Shown here: positions 47,025 to 57,030 of the stretch, one piece after another
Layout: every line of letters starts with the position of its first letter
How positions within the stretch are numbered: position 1 is the stretch's first letter
Source: Myxococcota bacterium
GTDB lineage: Bacteria > Myxococcota_A > UBA9160 > UBA6930
DNA: 64,000 nucleotides
Direction: 5' to 3'
NCBI GenBank assembly: GCA_965223705.1
Contig: OZ245015.1
Location: 4,384,001 to 4,448,000, forward strand
Notes under the pieces: model-generated
The model's input: only the letters and a program-made list of their open reading frames with translations
The model's database searches: none
Told to the model about the DNA's origin: nothing
Made by a program: the position numbers and the translations under genes

Positions 47025-48207
47025 GGTTGAGACTCCCCATCATGCGGTAGAGGGGTACGAAGACCGCGAGCGCGATGCTTCCCAGCGTGGTTCCCAATAG
47101 AACGATCACTGCGGTGTTGACCACCGCGATCATGCGGTCGATGACGGTGGGCACCTCGCGGTCGTAGTAGTCCGCGACGTGGTCGAGGGATTCGCGAAGC
47201 TTCCCGGTGGTTTCTCCGACGGAGACCATGCGGACGACCATGCGCGGGAGCAGGGCATCGCGGCGCAAGGCGTCCGCCAAGGTGGCGCCTCGCGCGACGT
47301 CCTCCCGCGCCGCCGTGACCGACTGCCGGATGATTCGGTTTTGCACCGACGGCTCGATCAGCTCGAAACAGCGCACGATCTGGATGCCCGAGGCATAGAG
47401 CAGCCCCAAGTTATGCGAGAGTCGGGCGATCTCGATCATGAACAACAGCTGTCCGACAACGGGAATTCGCAGGAGTGTCCGGTGAAAGACGAGACGCCCC
47501 TGGTTGGTTCGCGTGTAGAGGAAGGCGCAAGCGACGAGAGAGGCGAGCAAGACAAGGCCGTGGAGCCACCAGTCCTGGGTCAGTTGCTGTCCGGCAAGAA
47601 GAGCTCTCGTTGCGGCGGGAAGCTCGACGCCGAGCTCGACGAAAATCGCCAAGAATTTCGGGAGAACGACCGTCGCCAAAAGAACGATCAGTCCGATCAA
47701 GCCGGCGACGACCAGGCACGGGTACGCTGCAGCGCTGACGATTTTTCGACGCAGGTCTTCGCGCCACTGGAAGTACTGGGTCAGGTCGCGAAACACCTCG
47801 GCGAGGCGGCCCGTCTCCTCGCCGGCCGCGACCAGCGAGCGCATCAGGTCGGGAAAGATCGCCGGGTATTCCCCCAGTGCGACGGATAGCGACGCGCCTC
47901 CCTCGACACGCGCGGCGATGTTCTCGAGCGCGTGCGCCAGGGGGCTCTGCCCTTCATCTTGCAGATCGCGCAGTCCCGCCAGGATCGGGACTCCGGCCTC
48001 GACGATCGTCGCCATGTGAAAGCAGAAGTCGACGAGGCCCCGCGCTCTCAAGCTCCGACCTTTGCGCACAGCGACCTGGGACGAGCGAACCAAGAACAGC
48101 TCTCGGTCGGCGAGCAGCCGGTCGAGCACGAACTCGTCCGCGGCGACCTCCGTGCCTCGCACGAGCGCTCCGTCTCCCGTGCGCGCTTGATACGCAAAGC
48201 GCGGCAT
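47011..48207 (-). CDS. GspF/PilC/MshG platform protein
   Basis: AGEETGRL, AAAYP, GETTGKL, VFVPLY. Confidence 0.92.
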   Translation of the reverse strand: MPRFAYQARTGDGALVRGTEVAADEFVLDRLLADRELFLVRSSQVAVRKGRSLRARGLVDFCFHMATIVEAGVPILAGLRDLQDEGQSPLAHALENIAARVEGGASLSVALGEYPAIFPDLMRSLVAAGEETGRLAEVFRDLTQYFQWREDLRRKIVSAAAYPCLVVAGLIGLIVLLATVVLPKFLAIFVELGVELPAATRALLAGQQLTQDWWLHGLVLLASLVACAFLYTRTNQGRLVFHRTLLRIPVVGQLLFMIEIARLSHNLGLLYASGIQIVRCFELIEPSVQNRIIRQSVTAAREDVARGATLADALRRDALLPRMVVRMVSVGETTGKLRESLDHVADYYDREVPTVIDRMIAVVNTAVIVLLGTTLGSIALAVFVPLYRMMGSLNHASQ

Positions 48208-49877
48208 CAGAATTCCGCCGTGACCCGGGCGACTTCGGCGAGACTGATCTCACCCGATCGCGCCCGTTCGATCGCCGCTTCGCGAAAACTCGTCATGCCC
48301 TCTTCGCGGGCGAGCTCTTCGATTTCGTCGACCGGCGCTCTCCGACCGATCATGCTCGAGACCGCCGGGGTGACTTCGAGCACTTCGAAGAGCGCTTCGC
48401 GACCTCGCATCCCCGTGCCGTGACAACGATCGCACCCCTTGCCGCGGCTAAACGGCCCAGCCGTTCCCGGCCGAAGGCCCACCGACGCGATCTCTTCGGG
48501 CGTCGGCTCGTAGGTGTCTCGACAGTGACTGCAGTTCTTCCGCACGAGGCGCTGAGCCGCGACAACGGACAAACAGCTCGCCACGAGGAACGGATCGATC
48601 CCCATGTCGAGGAGCCTCGAGATCGTGCGAATGGCGTCGTTGGTGTGAATGCTCGAAAAAACCAGGTGACCGGTGAGGGCGGCGCGAACGGCCATCGTTG
48701 CGGTTTCGGTGTCGCGCATCTCGCCGACCAACACGACGTCCGGGTCGTGTCGGAGAATGGACCGCAGACCCGACGCGAAGGTGAGACCCGCCTTCGTGTT
48801 GATCTGGCACTGCGTCACCATGGGAAGGTCGTACTCGGCGGGGTCTTCGAGCGTGATGATCTTGCGGCGGGTCGCGTCGACTTCTCGGATCGTCGCGAAA
48901 AGAGTCGTGGTCTTTCCAGAGCCGGTCGGCCCGGCGGCGAGAACGAGCCCGTTGGGGCGTCCCGCGGCTCTTCGCAGAATCTCCCGCTCGCGCTCGGCGA
49001 GCCCGATCGCTTCGAGGGAAAACACCTGGCGATTCTTGTCGAGGATCCGAATGACGACGCTCTCACCGTCGACGGAAGGAAAGGTCGACACGCGGAGGTC
49101 GACGACTCGTTGATCGATCTCGAAGCGAATCTTCCCGTCTTGGGGAACGCGCGTCTCTGAAATGTCGAGGCCGGCGATGACCTTCGCGCGGGCGACGACT
49201 GAGCCGTGCAAGCTCTTCCGGAGACTCGCGCCCTGGGTCAGCTCACCGTCGATACGGAAACGCACGCGCACCACACGGCGGTCGGGTTCGAGATGCAGAT
49301 CGGTCGCGTCTCGTCGGACCGCGGCCGCGATGAGTGCCTCGACGAGGGCGATGACCCCGCCTCGATTCTCCGGATTCTCGTGTTGCTCGACTTCCGCCAA
49401 GGCGCGCTGAATGACTTCGTCGAACGCCGACTCGCGACGCGCCGGGTCGCCGTAAGCGGTGTCGATCGCCGTCAGGAGTTGGCGATGACTCGCCGAGATC
49501 ACGCGGACGAAGAGGTGGGTTTGGTTCTGGACCTCGTCGATCGCGACGATATCGGTGGGGTTCGACATCGCGATCACGAGGTTGTCGCCTTCGACGCGGA
49601 GGGGCAGAACGTGAAGCCGCCGCGCCATGCGCTCTTCGACGAGTTCGAGCGCGCGGCTGTCCATTTCCTCTCGGTCGAGATCGGTGTGGTCGACGCCCGA
49701 TTGGGAGGCCAGCGATCGGCTGATCTCCTCCTCCGTGGTAAAGCCCAACTCGGCGAGAATCTCGCCGAGGCGACCGCCGACCTTGCGCTGCTCCGCTAGG
49801 GCAATCGAGAGCTGTTGCTCGTCGACGACACCGGCGTCGACGAGGATTTCACCGAGTTTGCGGGCCACCCTGGGCAA
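48207..49877 (-). CDS. GspE/PilB/MshE assembly ATPase with N-terminal MshEN domain
   Basis: GPTGSGKTTTL, LRHDPDVVLVGEMRD, TGHLVFSSIHTN, Zn CxxC pairs; tandem (R/K)LGEIL..G......L...L..Q motifs. Confidence 0.95.
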   Translation of the reverse strand: MPRVARKLGEILVDAGVVDEQQLSIALAEQRKVGGRLGEILAELGFTTEEEISRSLASQSGVDHTDLDREEMDSRALELVEERMARRLHVLPLRVEGDNLVIAMSNPTDIVAIDEVQNQTHLFVRVISASHRQLLTAIDTAYGDPARRESAFDEVIQRALAEVEQHENPENRGGVIALVEALIAAAVRRDATDLHLEPDRRVVRVRFRIDGELTQGASLRKSLHGSVVARAKVIAGLDISETRVPQDGKIRFEIDQRVVDLRVSTFPSVDGESVVIRILDKNRQVFSLEAIGLAEREREILRRAAGRPNGLVLAAGPTGSGKTTTLFATIREVDATRRKIITLEDPAEYDLPMVTQCQINTKAGLTFASGLRSILRHDPDVVLVGEMRDTETATMAVRAALTGHLVFSSIHTNDAIRTISRLLDMGIDPFLVASCLSVVAAQRLVRKNCSHCRDTYEPTPEEIASVGLRPGTAGPFSRGKGCDRCHGTGMRGREALFEVLEVTPAVSSMIGRRAPVDEIEELAREEGMTSFREAAIERARSGEISLAEVARVTAEF

Positions 49878-50095
49878 ATCGGAGGATCGCGAGTTCCGCT
49901 AAAGGTGAAACTTTCTGGTAGGTTACGGACTGGGATGTGTGTTTTTTGCCTCGCCACGGAGCACGATCTGCCGGTGCGTGAGTCAAGTCACCGACGATGC
50001 CCACACCCAGGCTCGAATCTTTAGGGACCCGGGCGCGTCAGACGACCCATAGGCCAGATCCCCCATCTGACCGCGACTCGAAGGAGGCTTCCGAA

Positions 50096-50521
50096 ATGAA
50101 ACAACGGAACGGAACCAACCGAATCAGGGATCTGTGGATTGGTTTGTTTGCCGGAGCGCTCGCGCTCCTATGGGGAGGACCCGCTCTTGCGGGCGAGCGC
50201 GACCGGGGCCACGAGCGAACCTCGATCTACCTCGGGCAGGGTGGCGTCCACTTCGAGCATGCCGGCTACCTGGGTCGTTACCGGGACTACGGTCATCGGC
50301 ATCACTACCGGCGGCACGGACACCACGGGCACCACTACAAGAAACACGCTTATCGCGGACACCGCGGCTGGAAGCACCGGCACCACCGCAGCAGCTACCG
50401 CAATCACCACTACGACGACTACAGCTACCGGAAACATCGCCGCGATCATCGACGCTATCGGGGCTACGACTCGTGCCGCGAAGATCACGATCACCGCAGC
50501 CACCGGCGGCATCGCCACTAG
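50096..50521 (+). CDS. Secreted His/Arg/Tyr-rich low-complexity protein
   Basis: AAGGAGG RBS; Sec signal ending ALA|G; about 25 His in the mature part. Confidence 0.7.
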   Translation: MKQRNGTNRIRDLWIGLFAGALALLWGGPALAGERDRGHERTSIYLGQGGVHFEHAGYLGRYRDYGHRHHYRRHGHHGHHYKKHAYRGHRGWKHRHHRSSYRNHHYDDYSYRKHRRDHRRYRGYDSCREDHDHRSHRRHRH

Positions 50522-50590
50522 CGAGCCGGTTTTCGCATGAGGCGGCGGTCCCTTCGAGGGGCCGCCGCCGGCTTGCTAGCATCCTCTCGT

Positions 50591-51460
50591 ATGAGACGAT
50601 TTCGAGAGCGACTCGACGCTGGCAATTTCCTCATCACGTGTGAGTTCACACCGCCCAAAGGCACGGACCTCCGCGGGGTCTCGGAAAAGGCCTCGCTGCT
50701 CCGGGATCACGTCGACGCCGTCAATCTCACGGACTCGCATCGGGCCCTGATGACGATGGCTCCCGTCGGTGCCGCGCGCGCCCTTCTCGACCAAGGGGTC
50801 GCGCCCATCGTGCAGGTGACCGGACGCGATCGCAATCGGATCGCCATTCAGGCAGAGCTCCTGGCCGCGGCGAGCCTCGGCGTCGAGAACCTGCTTTGCA
50901 TGTCGGGAGACAATCCGGCGGCGGGCGACCACCCCGACGCGAAACCGGTCTTCGATCTCGAGGCGATCGGCTTGTTGCGCGCCATCGAAGCGCTGAACCA
51001 AGGTCGCGATCTCGGCGGCAAGGAATTGTCGGGAACGCCTTCTTTCTGCGCCGGTGCGGTCGCGAACCCCGGCGCCGACGATCTCGAGGGCGAACTCAAC
51101 CGTCTCGAGCAAAAACTAGCGGCGGGCGCGCGTTTCTTTCAGACGCAACCGGTCTTTGACATCGATCGCTACGAGGCCTTCGCCGCCCGGGCGGAAACTC
51201 TCGGTGCCGCGGTCATCCCGGGTGTGCTGCTGCTCAAGTCCGCGAAGATGGGACGCATGCTCAACGAGAATGTTCCGGGAATCTCCATCCCCGAAGCGAC
51301 TCTCAAGCGGCTCGAAACGACTTCGGATCGGCGCGCGACGAGTGTCGAGATCGCGGCGGAAGTCGTTGCCGCGCTGCGCCCGGTCGCGCGAGGCGTTCAC
51401 TTCATGGCCATCGGTTGGGAAAAGGAAATCCCGCGTGTGCTCGAAACGGCCGGCCTCTAG
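50591..51460 (+). CDS. metF: Methylenetetrahydrofolate reductase
   Basis: CEFTPPKG, DAVNLTD, RDRNRIA, SGD, GARFFQTQPVFD. Confidence 0.88.
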   Translation: MRRFRERLDAGNFLITCEFTPPKGTDLRGVSEKASLLRDHVDAVNLTDSHRALMTMAPVGAARALLDQGVAPIVQVTGRDRNRIAIQAELLAAASLGVENLLCMSGDNPAAGDHPDAKPVFDLEAIGLLRAIEALNQGRDLGGKELSGTPSFCAGAVANPGADDLEGELNRLEQKLAAGARFFQTQPVFDIDRYEAFAARAETLGAAVIPGVLLLKSAKMGRMLNENVPGISIPEATLKRLETTSDRRATSVEIAAEVVAALRPVARGVHFMAIGWEKEIPRVLETAGL

Positions 51461-51463
51461 CGC

Positions 51464-52267
51464 ATGACGCGTCCGTTCGTTCCGAGCGGAGTGATCACGA
51501 TCACGACGGATTTCGGTCACCGCGGCCCGTTCGTCGGCGTGATGAAGGGCGTCGTCCTGCGCCGTTTTCCGCAGGGACGCATCGTCGACCTGACGCACGA
51601 AACGCACGTGCACTGGCCGGCCGAAGCGGGGTTCTGGCTCGAGAGGGCTTTCCCGTACTTTCCGGAGGGAACGGTCCATCTCGCCGTCGTCGACCCCGGC
51701 GTCGGCACCGAGCGGGCCGTGCTCCTCGTCTTGGCTGGCGGCCACCTGTTTGTCGCTCCCGACAACGGTCTGCTCGCGGGGATCGTCGAACGCCTGGGAG
51801 GTCAAGCACTCCGCGTCGACCACGACCGACTCGATAACCTCGGGTTGGGCCCCTTGAGCGCGACCTTCCACGGCCGCGATCTTTTCGCACCCCTCGCGGC
51901 GGAACTCGCGGCGGGAAACATCGCGCCCGCCGACATCGCCGCGCCGTGCGAAGTGTTCGTTCCCTCGCTGATCGACCCCCCGGATCTCCGGGGAGACGAA
52001 GTGCGCGGTGTCGTTGTCACGACAGATCACTTCGGCAACTTGATTACGAACATCGACAGTCAGCTTCTCGATCGTTTTTCGTTTCCCGCGGCCGTCGTCG
52101 CTGGGCGGCGGATCCCGGTGCGTCGGACATACGCCGAAGTCTCGCCCGGCGATCTCCTCGCACTGATCAATTCCTTCGACGTACTCGAGATCGCACGCGC
52201 CGAGCAAAGCGCTGCCGAAGCACTCGGCATCGGCTGGGGAGCGCCGGTCTCGGTCGTGGAAGACTAG
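51464..52267 (+). CDS. SAM hydroxide adenosyltransferase (DUF62, fluorinase/chlorinase family)
   Basis: TTDFG, VVDPGVGTER, APDNGLL, SATFHGRDLFAP, DHFGNLITN. Confidence 0.9.
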   Translation: MTRPFVPSGVITITTDFGHRGPFVGVMKGVVLRRFPQGRIVDLTHETHVHWPAEAGFWLERAFPYFPEGTVHLAVVDPGVGTERAVLLVLAGGHLFVAPDNGLLAGIVERLGGQALRVDHDRLDNLGLGPLSATFHGRDLFAPLAAELAAGNIAPADIAAPCEVFVPSLIDPPDLRGDEVRGVVVTTDHFGNLITNIDSQLLDRFSFPAAVVAGRRIPVRRTYAEVSPGDLLALINSFDVLEIARAEQSAAEALGIGWGAPVSVVED

Positions 52268-52792
52268 ATGGACCATGCGCACGGTCCGGCCGCGATTCGT
52301 TATTGCTCGAATTGCGGGGGCGAGGTCGCGGAACGATCCGTCGAAGGAAAAACGCGACCGGTCTGTACGCGGTGCGACCGCGTGCACTATCGCGAAGCGA
52401 AGGTCGCTGTCGCCGCAGCCGTCGTGTCCGGGGGAAAGCTCCTGTTGGTGAAGCGGCGCTACCCGCCCGAGCAGGGCAAGTGGGGACTGCCGGGCGGCTA
52501 CCTCGATCCCGGAGAAGACCCAGCCGTTGCGGCGGCCCGGGAAACCCGCGAAGAAACGGGTGTGATTCTCGAGCGTTGCGAGCTTCTCGACGTCTTGTTC
52601 AACGCGGAACCCGGCGGCGCCGATATTTCCGTCGTGTATGAGGCGGTCTCGCGGAGTGCGACGCCGGTCGCGGGCGATGACGCGGAGCACGCCGTGTTCT
52701 TCGACCTCGACGAGCTGCCGGAGCTCGCGTTCAAAAGCACGTCCCGTGCAGTCGAGCGGCTCCGAGCCATCCTCGCGCGGACATCCCGTTGA
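52268..52792 (+). CDS. NUDIX hydrolase with N-terminal zinc ribbon
   Basis: YCSNCG, CTRCD; Nudix box GGYLDPGEDPAVAAARETREETG. Confidence 0.92.
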   Translation: MDHAHGPAAIRYCSNCGGEVAERSVEGKTRPVCTRCDRVHYREAKVAVAAAVVSGGKLLLVKRRYPPEQGKWGLPGGYLDPGEDPAVAAARETREETGVILERCELLDVLFNAEPGGADISVVYEAVSRSATPVAGDDAEHAVFFDLDELPELAFKSTSRAVERLRAILARTSR

Positions 52793-53766
52793 GCGACGTC
52801 GGCGTACTCCTGGTCAACCTCGGCACGCCCGATGCGCCGACGGCGTCCGCACTGCGGCGCTATCTGCGGGAGTTCCTCTCGGACCCGAGAGTCGTCGAGG
52901 TCCCCCGCCCGGTCTGGTGGTTCGTGCTTCGCGCTTTCATCCTCCCCTTTCGTCCGCGGAAGAGCGCGGAAGCCTACGCGGCCATCTGGGACATCGAACG
53001 CGACGCTTCCCCGCTGCGCGTGGCTACCGAGTCACTGGCGCAAGCGCTCGCCCCGCGGCTCGACGGCATCGAAGTCGAATGGGCGATGCGGTACGGGAAC
53101 CCGTCCCTCGCGCGTCGCATCGAACAGCTGATGGAACGCGGGGTACGACGCCTCCTCGTGTGGCCGCTTTATCCGCAATACAGCGCGAGCACGACGGGCA
53201 GTGTCGTCGACGGCGTGGGACACGTACTGGCATCCCTGCGGGATCAGCCGGCCGTTCGTTTCGTCCCGCCCTACTTCGCTGAGCCCGCTTACGTGTCGGG
53301 CGTGGCGTCGCAGACGAAGCGGGCGCTTTCCGCGCTCGATTGGGAGCCAGACGCCGTGCTCGCGTCGTTCCACGGTATTCCGGTCGCCTACGCCGAGCGC
53401 GGCGATCCCTATCCGAACCATTGTGAAGCGACCGCCGCCGCGCTTCGCCGGGCCCTCGAACTTCCGGAAGAGCGTTTCCTCGTCGCGTTTCAATCCCGTT
53501 TCGGACCTTCGGAATGGCTCACCCCGGCCACGGACAAGACGCTCGCGGAACTGCCGAGTCGCGGCGTCCGACACGTCGCCGTGGTGGCACCGGGCTTCGC
53601 TGCGGATTGCGTCGAAACGCTCGAGGAGCTCGGCCTGCGGGGCCGGGACACCTTTCGAGCCGCCGGCGGGGAGAATTTCGCGCTGCTTCCGTGCTTGAAC
53701 GCCGAGCCCGAAGCGATCGCCCTCGGCGAAACCATCCTGCGCCGTGAACTCGCGGGCTGGATCTAA
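52789..53766 (+). CDS. hemH: Ferrochelatase
   Basis: LVNLGTPDAP, MRYGNPS, PLYPQYS, SFHGIP, FQSRFGP, DCVETLEE. Confidence 0.96.
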   Translation: MSDVGVLLVNLGTPDAPTASALRRYLREFLSDPRVVEVPRPVWWFVLRAFILPFRPRKSAEAYAAIWDIERDASPLRVATESLAQALAPRLDGIEVEWAMRYGNPSLARRIEQLMERGVRRLLVWPLYPQYSASTTGSVVDGVGHVLASLRDQPAVRFVPPYFAEPAYVSGVASQTKRALSALDWEPDAVLASFHGIPVAYAERGDPYPNHCEATAAALRRALELPEERFLVAFQSRFGPSEWLTPATDKTLAELPSRGVRHVAVVAPGFAADCVETLEELGLRGRDTFRAAGGENFALLPCLNAEPEAIALGETILRRELAGWI

Positions 53767-53771
53767 CTTTT

Positions 53772-53800
53772 CCCCACGAGGATCGATTCCCCGTGGGGTT
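53772..53800 (+). terminator. Putative intrinsic terminator after hemH
   Basis: CCCCACG..GGA-TCGAT-TCC..CGTGGGG-TT hairpin. Confidence 0.55.
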
Positions 53801-53874
53801 CTGTATGATAGAAGTCAGCTCGAAACGGACTATCCGCTGTCCCCACGACGATGGCGAAACCAGAAGGACACCCC

Positions 53875-54954
53875 ATGAAGTTTGGCATCCAGCAAGTGAT
53901 CCCGGCTCACAAGGACTTAGACGATCGCGCGATGTTCCGTGAGGAGGTCGAATCGATCATCGAGTCCGAGCAAATGGGCTTCGACATCGTATGGACGGTG
54001 GAGCACCACTTTACCGACTACTCGATCTGCCCCGACAACATGCAGTACTTGACCTACATCGCGGCACGCACCAAGCGGCTGCTCCTCGCGACGGGCGCGA
54101 TCATCGTGCCCTGGAACGACCCGCTCCGCTGCGTCGAGAAGATGACGATGCTCGACCACCTGTCGGACGGCCGCGCGGTCTTGGGCCTCGGCCGCGGCCT
54201 CGCCCGGCGCGAGTACATCGGTTTCCGGCAGGACATGGGTGAAGCGCGTGAACGCTTCAACGAAGCTGCCGAAATGATCGTGCGCGGCCTGGAAGAGGGC
54301 TTCGTCGAGGGCAACGGGAAGTTCTACCCGCAGCCGCGTGTCGAAGTCCGGCCCCGCCCGATCTCGACCTTCAAGGGACGCCGCTATCAGGTCTGCATGT
54401 CGCCCGATTCGTTCGAGATCGCGGCGGAGCTCGGTCTCGGTGCGATGATGTTCTCTCAGTTCCCGTACGAGACGGTGGTCGATCAGATCAACGCCTACCG
54501 CCAGGACTTCCGCGCGAAGCACGGCGAAGAGCCGCCGCCCATCGTGACCGCGGATTTCGTGTCGATCGACAAGGACGCGAAGAAGGCGCTCGATATCGGC
54601 GGCGAGAAGATCATCCAGTACTTGATGACGGTGATGGATCACTACGAGATGCTCGACAAGAGCCATTTCGCCGAAACCGGAAGCTCGTACCAGCACTACG
54701 CGAACGCGGCGGAAGCGATGAAGGAGATGGGGCACGAAGCGCTGTGCGCCGGCTTCCTCGAGGCAAATCTCGCCGGGGACCCGTCGATGATTCGCGAGAA
54801 GCTCGAGAAGCGACGCGAGCTGATCGGCGACTTCGAGACGAGCGGCTGCTTCAGCTACTCGAGCATGCCCTACGACCGGGTACGCTCGTCGATGAAGCTC
54901 TTCGCGGAAGAAGTCGGCCCGATGCTCCACGGCTGGGAGCGCCAGGTCCGCTAG
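53875..54954 (+). CDS. LLM-class flavin-dependent oxidoreductase (luciferase-like)
   Basis: WTVEHHFTDY, MLDHLSDGRAVLGLGRG. Confidence 0.9.
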   Translation: MKFGIQQVIPAHKDLDDRAMFREEVESIIESEQMGFDIVWTVEHHFTDYSICPDNMQYLTYIAARTKRLLLATGAIIVPWNDPLRCVEKMTMLDHLSDGRAVLGLGRGLARREYIGFRQDMGEARERFNEAAEMIVRGLEEGFVEGNGKFYPQPRVEVRPRPISTFKGRRYQVCMSPDSFEIAAELGLGAMMFSQFPYETVVDQINAYRQDFRAKHGEEPPPIVTADFVSIDKDAKKALDIGGEKIIQYLMTVMDHYEMLDKSHFAETGSSYQHYANAAEAMKEMGHEALCAGFLEANLAGDPSMIREKLEKRRELIGDFETSGCFSYSSMPYDRVRSSMKLFAEEVGPMLHGWERQVR

Positions 54955-54958
54955 CGAG

Positions 54959-55822
54959 CTAACGGCGAAGCGACAGCTGGCTCATGCCGATTCCGGCGAG
55001 AATCAGCAGCAAGGCGAACAGTGCGCGGTGCTCCACGGTTTCTCCGAGGAGTACCGCGCCGCTCGTCAGGGCGACGCACGGAATCAAGTAGTTCATCAAC
55101 GAAGCGAACGTTGCGCCGGCCCGCAGGATCAAGCGGTAGACCACCCAAGTCGCAAACGCGGTGCCCCCTGCGCCGAGCCAGATCACGGACGCAATCGCTC
55201 CCAACGGGGCATTCGCGTACGGCGAAGCATCCCGTAGCCCGAGCGGAAGCATGATCAGCGCGGCGAGCGTAATCACCGCCGCCGAGGAAACGAGCGGCGG
55301 TGTCTCGGGCAAGCGGCGGATCAAGATCGCGTTGACGGCGTAGCAGAGCGCTCCGAGCAAGATCGAAGATTGGCGGAGCACGACGCTCCGACGCCCCCCG
55401 AGCCCTTCGATCGCGCCGGGCCCCATCAGCAGCACGATCCCCGCGAAACCGATGATAAAACCCAAGACGTGGTTCGGTCGCATCCGTTCGCCCGGCGAAT
55501 AGAAGTGGGCGAGGACCAGGGTGAGGAGCGGAATGACGCCCATCAACAGGCCGGCGGTCCCGCTCGAGACTTCTTCCTGCCCCCAACTGATCGCGGTGAA
55601 GGGAAGCGCGCTGCCGACGACGGCGAGGCACGCGAACCGCCACCAACGACCGACGTCTCGGGGATAGCGCTCTCCGGCGATCCAAAGCCAGACGTTGAGT
55701 ACGACCGCGGCGACGACGAGCCGGCCCGAAGTAAGTGCGACCGGGGGGATCTCGGTGACGGCGATCCCGATGAACATGAACGCCGTTCCCCACAAGAGGA
55801 CGAGCGTGAGCAGCAGGGTCAC
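54959..55822 (-). CDS. DMT/EamA family transporter
   Basis: LWGTAF start; 10 TM in two EamA repeats. Confidence 0.9.
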   Translation of the reverse strand: MTLLLTLVLLWGTAFMFIGIAVTEIPPVALTSGRLVVAAVVLNVWLWIAGERYPRDVGRWWRFACLAVVGSALPFTAISWGQEEVSSGTAGLLMGVIPLLTLVLAHFYSPGERMRPNHVLGFIIGFAGIVLLMGPGAIEGLGGRRSVVLRQSSILLGALCYAVNAILIRRLPETPPLVSSAAVITLAALIMLPLGLRDASPYANAPLGAIASVIWLGAGGTAFATWVVYRLILRAGATFASLMNYLIPCVALTSGAVLLGETVEHRALFALLLILAGIGMSQLSLRR

Positions 55823-55938
55823 ACTTCGAAAATCGGCCCGGTCTAGAATGTAGGCTCCCTTCCGTCGTCGTCCCGGCGGTGAAATCTAGCTCCGACGACG
55901 CCAAGCTGGGATAGAGTGATCATCGAAGGAGAACCCCC

Positions 55939-57018
55939 GTGAAATTCAGCGCACACGTTCAGACCCGAATCGGCGATTGGCAGATCATCAAGGAGCTCGA
56001 GGATCTCGGGTACGACGCCGCGTGGGTCCCCGACACGCAAATGCAGTGGTCGGACTGCTACTCCGTGATGTCCCTCGCCGCGGCGAACACCTCGCGAATC
56101 AAGATCGGGACCGGCGTGCTGATCCCGGGTTGCCGCATCGCGCCGACCACCGCCGCGGCGCTCGCGTCCGTCAACGAACTCGCTCCGGGTCGTGTGTTTG
56201 CGGGGATCGGCACAGGGCACACGGCGATGCGGATCATGGGCCAAAAGCCGATGACGATTAAGAACTTCCGCGAGTATCTCCGCGTACTGCGCGCGCTGCT
56301 CTCGGGCGACGATGTCGATTTCACGTTCGAAGGGCGGACGCAGAACATAAGGTTCATGGACCACGGTCCTGGGTTCCGCAACTTGACGAATCCGATTCCT
56401 ATCTACGTAGCGGGCAACGGCCCCCTCGCGCTCAAGACCGCAGGCCAATACGGAGACGGCCTGGTCTCTCTCTTCAACGAACAGCCCGAGACGCTCCGGT
56501 ACCACATGGGCATGGTTCGCGAGGGCGCTGAGGAAGCGGGTCGGACACTGCCAGACGATTTCTACACGACCGCGCTCACCTCGACGGTGATCCTCAATCC
56601 CGGGGAGAGCTTGCGATCGGACCGTGCCATCGAAATCGCGGGCTCGTGGGTCGTTTGCTGCATTCACTTCGTCTACGAAGTGTGGCAGTACACGAAAAAC
56701 GACGAGGTCGTTCCGGAGTATCTATCGGGGATCTGGGAAGAATACGTCGACTACGTGAACAACATGGAGACGCCGGTCGAGAAGCGTTACCAACAGGTCC
56801 ACGAGGGTCACTGCAGCTTCCACCCACAAGCCGAGCGGCGTTTTATTACGCCGGAAGCGATCGAAGGCACGTGCATCACGGGCGATCCCAACGAAGTCGC
56901 CGAGAAAATTCGCAAGGCAGAAGCGGCCGGGCTCTCGGAAGTGAGCTTGCTGCCCCCGCTCGCCTACGCCCGCGAAGTGGTGCGCGACTTCGCCCAGAAA
57001 GTCATGCCCTTGATCTGA
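55939..57018 (+). CDS. LLM-class flavin/F420-dependent oxidoreductase
   Basis: GYDAAWVPD, TSRIKIGTGV, LAPGRVFAGIGTG, IPIYVAGNGP. Confidence 0.88.
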   Translation: MKFSAHVQTRIGDWQIIKELEDLGYDAAWVPDTQMQWSDCYSVMSLAAANTSRIKIGTGVLIPGCRIAPTTAAALASVNELAPGRVFAGIGTGHTAMRIMGQKPMTIKNFREYLRVLRALLSGDDVDFTFEGRTQNIRFMDHGPGFRNLTNPIPIYVAGNGPLALKTAGQYGDGLVSLFNEQPETLRYHMGMVREGAEEAGRTLPDDFYTTALTSTVILNPGESLRSDRAIEIAGSWVVCCIHFVYEVWQYTKNDEVVPEYLSGIWEEYVDYVNNMETPVEKRYQQVHEGHCSFHPQAERRFITPEAIEGTCITGDPNEVAEKIRKAEAAGLSEVSLLPPLAYAREVVRDFAQKVMPLI

Positions 57019-57030
57019 TACGCGTTCCCG

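Noticed and set aside
49878..50095. c-di-GMP riboswitch or sigma54 promoter upstream of the ATPase
   Set aside because: A GGCAAA is present but the GEMM P1/P2 architecture is not; GG/GC spacing does not match -24/-12
50139..50540. Thr-rich (+) and Val-rich (-) ORFs over the His-rich gene
   Set aside because: Frame shadows of CAC/TAC-rich codons; only the His-rich frame has an RBS and a signal peptide
51464..52267. Fluorinase or chlorinase
   Set aside because: The TFHGRD His and the Asp/Arg triad indicate the common hydroxide-type DUF62
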